14,360 nucleotides of DNA from Candidatus Bathyarchaeota archaeon (GTDB taxonomy: Archaea > Thermoproteota > Bathyarchaeia > Bathyarchaeales > Bathycorpusculaceae): assembly GCA_963775895.1 (NCBI GenBank), contig CAVZKL010000008.1, forward strand, positions 1-14,360, given 5' to 3'. The translations under genes and the position numbers were made by a program. How positions within the stretch are numbered: position 1 is the stretch's first letter; each line of letters begins with the position of its first letter. This document shows, piece by piece, positions 7,104-14,360 of this stretch. A model generated the notes under the pieces. It did not search any database. It was not told the DNA's origin and saw only the letters and a list, made by a program, of their open reading frames with translations.

Positions 7104-8613
7104 ATGAGCAGCGAACCCATAGAGAGAAGAGTCTCCTATCTTGGTGACAGGTTGCGCGGGAACCGCTGCCTGATGTGCGGGAAGGAATATTTTGAAATCA
7201 GAGATTACTGCGGCAAATGCGGTAGGAAAAGCTACGGGAAAATGGCCAAGACCGATCTTTTCTTCGAAAAAGGCACGCTCGAAGTATGCACAATGGTGAG
7301 TGAACCGACGAACAAGTTTACCAAACTTGGAAACTACATTTACGGCGTGGTCTCTTTCCATGACGGCAGAATCCGCGTCCCAGGAAGACTTAACAGATCG
7401 GATGCCGAAGTGCAACGAGAGCGTGGACTTCTCGTCACTTGAAGGAAGAAGCGTTGTTCCAAGGTTCAGAAGACGCTACTCGGTTGAGAAAAGCGATGTC
7501 GTGCCAACGATCTCTTTGGCATTCACCTTTGCGGATGAGTACTATCCGCACCAAGAGTACAAGATAGCAAAGCCAAAAAAAGAGTACGATTTTCCAGGCA
7601 TAGTAGGCTACGGCGTTTACGCTTCAAGGTTCAGAATAAAAGAGGAAAACATTGAACGTTCGGTGCCGTTCATAGACGAAGACTCGATAACTGCTGCAGT
7701 TGAAGCTGGCAAACTTGCACTCATACATTCTGGGATTGACAGCTCTCAAATCGGCAAGATTTACGTTGGTTCGGAATCAAACCCGTACGCCGTTAAGCCA
7801 ATCGCATCAAAGGTTGCGCAAGTGCTCAGACTCGGGGAAGAGGACGAAGACGTGCAGGGAGTCGACGCTATCGACACAGAGTTCGCCTGCAAGGCGGCGA
7901 CGAGCATGTTCAAAGACGCAGCGTCGCTCGTCAACTATCCGAAGTCAGACATCAAATACGCCATGGTGACTGGAAGTGACAACTCTCAAGCGGCTCCACG
8001 AGACTGTCCAGGCGGAGAATTAGATCTATTTGTAGGATATGGTGCGGCTTCGTTCATTTTCGGGAAATGCGACGTCATCGCCGAGATTGAAGGCTGGTAC
8101 TCATGCACTTCAGATACTCCAGATTTTTGGCGGAGAGACGGTGAAGCGTATCCCATGCACGGCGGCAGGTTCACTGGGGACCCTGCTTATTTCAAGCACG
8201 TTCGAAAATCGTCTAAGAAGCTTATGGACAAACTCAACTTGAAAGTTGGTGACGTAACCTACTTTGTGGCTCACCAGCCCAACGTCCAGTTTCCAATCCG
8301 AATCGCTAAGGAACTTGGGTTCAAAGAGGATCAGTATTTGCCGATGCTTCAAGTAGCCAAGTTCGGAAACACGTATTCAGGCGCCTCACCAGTCGGTCTA
8401 GCTGCGGTTTTGGACATAGCTAAGCCCAATGATAGAATACTGGTAGCGAGTTATGGTTCAGGAGCAGGAAGTGACGCCTACTCACTTGTGACAACTTCCC
8501 AGATACTGGAAAAAAGACAAAACCAAAAACTCACCGTCAAATACCAAGCTCAGAATCCCTTCTTGGAATATGTGGACTACACAACCTACAGACGTTTGAA
8601 AGCGGGGATGTAG
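7104..8613 (+). CDS. mvaS: DUF35 (Zn-ribbon/OB-fold) fused to hydroxymethylglutaryl-CoA synthase, about 502 aa after repairing a frameshift at ~7390
   Basis: N-terminal CLMCG...CGKCG ribbon and OB-fold (RVPGRLTD...VVPRFRR). The HMGCS domain follows, with GIVGYGVY, DEDSITAAVEA, GSES (Glu 7774), FACKAAT (Cys 7888), DTPDFWRR, HQPN (His 8272), GNTYSG and SYGSGAGSD. Confidence 0.92.
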
Positions 8614-8660
8614 AAAGCCATTAATAAGCCTGACACAACTAAAGTGCGGAGCGCTAACCA

Positions 8661-9810
8661 TTGAGAATACCCAACATACTCGAAGTCATTTACGCCCCTC
8701 GAAAAGCATTCAAGAAGATCGCTGAAAGCCCCAGTTACGTAGGTCCCATTCTTATAATCGTTATTTTGGTCATTGCGAACATGGGATTCGCTTACGTAGC
8801 CATGTCGAAGACAACCCTTGAAGCCACGGTGCCCAACGGACAACTTCAAGACGAGTGGACACAAAATAGCACTTTGTGGGCGTCCAACGCTTTGATTTCT
8901 GAGAGTAACGACAGCATCGTTGGGACTTACTACGGGAACGCGAGCATCGCTTTTTCAACATCGAACACTACGCAAGTCTGGATGCAACTGAGCAACATAG
9001 GTCCCGTGAACTGTTCTTCACCCGGCGGATACGATCAACTTTCCTTCAGACTGAAGCAGGTGAATCCACAGGAGAAGCCGCAAAACGCGTCGATTTATCT
9101 CTTCTCGACAACAGCGTCTGACTACTTCTACCATGACTTCACTCAGGACTATTCAAATTCTACGATCAATTCATGGTATAACCTAACCTTGCCCCTGACT
9201 TCTGGGTGGTCTCAGCAATTCAAATGCGGACTGGAGCAACATCACAGGCTTCAAGCTGGTATTCGACTGGGCCAGCAATTCGACCGTGACCATGCTAGTT
9301 GACGGATTGTTTTTCCACGGCGTTTTCCACTCATGGCTGGATTCAGCAGGTATCGGCAGCATGCTCAGTTTCAGTTTTCAATCCTTGTTTCAGTTCGTGA
9401 TCACGTGGGTGCTCCTCAGTGCGCTATTGTTTCTGTTAGGAAGAGCTTTGGGTGGAAAAGTCGTTTGGAGACTGATTTTGATCGCTGTGGGATTCATCCT
9501 AATCACCGTAGTCGTGCAGGCAGTGGTAAACATCGTTTCTTACGCAACTCTGTTTCAGGCGAAGTATCCTTTTGCAGTCATCGGTGGCGTCGTGGGTGAA
9601 GGAACAGCTGAGTACAACTCGATCTTGGATCAAACTGCGCTCGTTAGGTCGATTGGAACGATAACCCAGCTGATAATCTATGCGTGGACCATCTTGCTTG
9701 GCGCTATGATTCTTCGTTTCACTGCCGAAATGACATGGTTGAAGAGCATAATACCATCGGTCTTGGCTTACCTCATCATGTTACTCGTCTCAGGCTTCCT
9801 GTTCGGATGA
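8661..9810 (+). CDS. Yip1-like membrane protein with an inserted extracellular beta-rich domain, about 382 aa after repairing a frameshift at ~9210
   Basis: The N-terminus EVIYAPRKAFKKIAE plus a TM helix, and the C-terminal TM helices (LLFLLGRALGGK, ...AEMTWLKSII), match the Yip1 pattern. The frame of ORF 9286..9810 is open back to the shift site (LSNSNADWSNITGFKLVFDW). Confidence 0.75.
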
Positions 9811-9862
9811 TTATCCATTTTCCGTCAAACAACCTTTTAGGGCGCGCGACGTATGAGTAGCT

Positions 9863-9876
9863 CGCAAAACTTATAT
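9863..9876 (+). promoter_or_regulatory. BRE/TATA promoter (CGCAAAAC-TTATAT) for TRAM/ssb
   Basis: Canonical BRE-TATA. It implies a transcription start near 9900 and a leader of about 90 nt. Confidence 0.6.
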
Positions 9877-9991
9877 GGTTGAAGAGAACTTTTTTGGAAC
9901 TAACCGGCCTCTGCCCATGCTCAAGTGTCTTTGTCGGCACGAAGGGTTTTTGCGGAAGGGGCTGGCTCCGCGTTGAGGACGAAAACTAAAC

Positions 9992-10279
9992 ATGCCAAGA
10001 AGGCTGCCAGAAAAAACGAAGAATGCTCCCCAGAAGCCGCGAAGATTCGGAAGCAAGAGCAGGTATCGCCCGAGTAGACCATTCGTCACGCAGTTTAAGC
10101 CTGTGAAAGAGAATGAGGAAATTGAAGTGGCCATAGACGACATCGGAAGCAGAGGAGATGGTATAGCCAGGATAGAGAGTTTTCTGATTTTCGTGCCGCG
10201 TTGTAAGATTGGGGAACGAGTGAAAGTGAGAATAAGGTCGGTGGGTGACAAATTCGCCCTGGCGGAAAGAATGTCTTAG
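9992..10279 (+). CDS. Single TRAM-domain protein (putative RNA chaperone) with a basic N-terminal extension
   Basis: PVKENEEIEVAIDDIGSRGDGIARIESFLIFVP...GERVKVRIRSVGDKFALAE is the archaeal stand-alone TRAM signature. SD TGAGGA at 9974-9979. Confidence 0.92.
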   Translation: MPRRLPEKTKNAPQKPRRFGSKSRYRPSRPFVTQFKPVKENEEIEVAIDDIGSRGDGIARIESFLIFVPRCKIGERVKVRIRSVGDKFALAERMS

Positions 10280-10585
10280 GTGAGAGTGAAGATTTTGAAG
10301 ATTAAAGAACTCCATGATGGGTTGAAGCGAGTCAACATTGAAGCAAAAGTTTCTGAAAAATCGGACCCTCGCGAGGTAACGTCAAGGTTTGGAGATCAGA
10401 AATACCGTGTTGCCACAGCAACGATCGCAGATGAGACGGGCACGGTTAAGCTGACGCTTTGGAATGACCAGATTGAATTGGTCAACGTCAACGACACGGT
10501 CAGAATCGAAAATGGTTACGTCACGAGTTTCAGAGGTGAAATCCAACTCAACGCGGGAAAATTCGGCACGTTGACCGTTGTGTGA
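10280..10585 (+). CDS. ssb: Single OB-fold ssDNA-binding protein (crenarchaeal SSB/RPA-like); the real start may be TTG 10295
   Basis: KIKEL..G...VNIEAKV, VATATIADETGTVKLTLW and IENGYVTSFRGEIQLNAGKFG match archaeal SSB OB-folds. There is no acidic C-terminal tail. Confidence 0.9.
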   Translation: MRVKILKIKELHDGLKRVNIEAKVSEKSDPREVTSRFGDQKYRVATATIADETGTVKLTLWNDQIELVNVNDTVRIENGYVTSFRGEIQLNAGKFGTLTVV

Positions 10586-10606
10586 ACACACTGCCACCCG
10601 GCTAGG

Positions 10607-11047
10607 TCACTTCTTCTTGAAGAACAACCAGTTCTTGGGGTTCTTCAGCCGAACAAGAACGTAGACGCCTCTAAGCCTTTCGCCGTCTATGTCCACTATA
10701 ACCTTGCCTTCTTTTTTGTCCACTAACCTGTAAGTTCCTCTGTCCCAAATCTCCACAGTTCCCGCACCGTACTCGCCTTCAGGAATTGTTCCTTCGAAAG
10801 TCGCATACTCCAGCGGATGATCTTCAACCTGAACTGCAAGCCGTTTTGCGCCTGGTTCAAGCGGAGGTTCCTTGGGAATTGCCCAGCTTTTTAAGGCGCC
10901 GTCCATTTCAAGGCGCAAATCATAATGCAGGTGTGATGCGTCGTGCTTATGAATCACGTAGACGTTGCCCTGTCCTCTGTGAGGTTCACTCTTTGGCTCC
11001 CCAGTTTTGTTGACGTCCTGCTTTTCTGCGTAATCCTTAAGTGTCAA
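10607..11047 (-). CDS. Stand-alone LigD-type 3'-phosphoesterase (PE domain) DNA end-healing enzyme
   Basis: [41 protein letters not shown] and [16 protein letters not shown] are PE-domain motifs. TTG start with a GGAGTG SD. Confidence 0.93.
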   Translation of the reverse strand: MTLKDYAEKQDVNKTGEPKSEPHRGQGNVYVIHKHDASHLHYDLRLEMDGALKSWAIPKEPPLEPGAKRLAVQVEDHPLEYATFEGTIPEGEYGAGTVEIWDRGTYRLVDKKEGKVIVDIDGERLRGVYVLVRLKNPKNWLFFKKK

Positions 11048-11075
11048 CCAGTTTTCACTCCAGCACGTTCCAAAA

Positions 11076-13950
<2,875 letters not shown>

Positions 13951-14006
13951 GATCTCTGCTCCTATGAGAGTTTAGAAAGTGAACGTTGAAGCTAAAAGCC
14001 TTGGCC

Positions 14007-14144
14007 TCAGCCACCGGTCACGGCGTCGTCTGTGCAGCATTGGCAGTCAGAAGATTCGCCGCAGTACGGACAGACGCATTTGCAGTCGTCGATGGGAAAG
14101 CCGCACTTTTCACAGGTCGGTATCTTCTTGTCTTTGGGGTTCAT
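14007..14144 (-). CDS. Small Cys-rich protein, 45 aa (MNPKDKKIPTCEKCGFPIDDCKCVCPYCGESSDCQCCTDDAVTGG); alternative in-frame ATG at 14156
   Basis: Translated by hand; not in the ORF track. It has 9 Cys in two CxxCG...CxC units, SD GGGTGA upstream, and a BRE/TATA at 14181-14194. Confidence 0.8.
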   Translation of the reverse strand: MNPKDKKIPTCEKCGFPIDDCKCVCPYCGESSDCQCCTDDAVTGG

Positions 14145-14180
14145 CCTTTCACCCATTTCAATTTAAGGATGACTTGAACG

Positions 14181-14194
14181 AATTAAACTTTCGC
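14181..14194 (-). promoter_or_regulatory. BRE/TATA promoter (GCGAAAG-TTTAATT) upstream of the Cys-rich gene and korAB
   Basis: Good BRE followed by an AT box about 30 nt upstream of ATG 14156. Confidence 0.55.
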
Positions 14195-14268
14195 AGAATA
14201 GGGAAACACTACGAGTAGAGAATCATAGAAAAAGATGAGGAGTACGAGTTTTAGCTGTGTTGCCGATG

Positions 14269-14360
14269 TTACACTTGTTCCAGTAAGGTTGTGAAAGTGT
14301 CGTGGTGGTCTTCCTCGTCCTTCAGGATTTGCATGAAGAGCGCGCGCGCAAACCCAATCA
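14269..14360 (-). CDS. 3' end of a ferritin-like (bacterioferritin/Dps-like) protein, truncated by the window edge
   Basis: Reads ...ALFMQILKDEEDHHDTFTTLLEQV*, with the ILxDEExH di-iron ligand helix of ferritin-like proteins. TAA at 14271-14269. Confidence 0.7.
   Translation of the reverse strand, partial: IGFARALFMQILKDEEDHHDTFTTLLEQV

Noticed and set aside
6965-7400. Programmed ribosomal frameshifting in the thiolase and DUF35-HMGCS genes
   Set aside because: No slippery heptamer or shared signal. The same one-base excess occurs in unrelated genes, which favours sequencing error.
14341-14360. GCGCGCGC...AACC...ATCA resembling 109-124, suggesting terminal repeats
   Set aside because: Short, gapped, low-complexity similarity; GCGCGC runs also occur near 2736 and 9842.

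Overview
Archaeal chromosomal window. The gene content, frequent TTG starts and BRE/TATA promoters suggest a TACK archaeon, most likely Bathyarchaeia (inference). Left to right it holds: a P-type ATPase (-), two small unknown ORFs, tRNA-Gln(UUG) (-), tfb (+), a small Zn-ribbon gene and SUI1/aIF1 (-), an upper-mevalonate-pathway cluster (+), a Yip1-like membrane protein, a TRAM protein and single-OB SSB (+), and a minus-strand run of a 45-aa Cys-rich peptide, 2-oxoacid:ferredoxin oxidoreductase alpha/beta and a stand-alone LigD 3'-phosphoesterase. The 3' end of a ferritin-like gene lies at the right edge. Five frameshifts split four genes; each is repaired by removing one base, which points to sequencing/assembly errors. 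Most notable: (1) the thiolase has lost every canonical catalytic residue, while the next gene is an N-terminal DUF35 fused to an HMG-CoA synthase with an intact active site; (2) a 9-Cys peptide ending in GG, absent from the ORF track, heads the oxidoreductase run; (3) the tfb and TRAM genes have structured 5' leaders (a K-loop and two mutually exclusive stems, respectively); (4) the P-type ATPase has non-canonical ion-binding residues.
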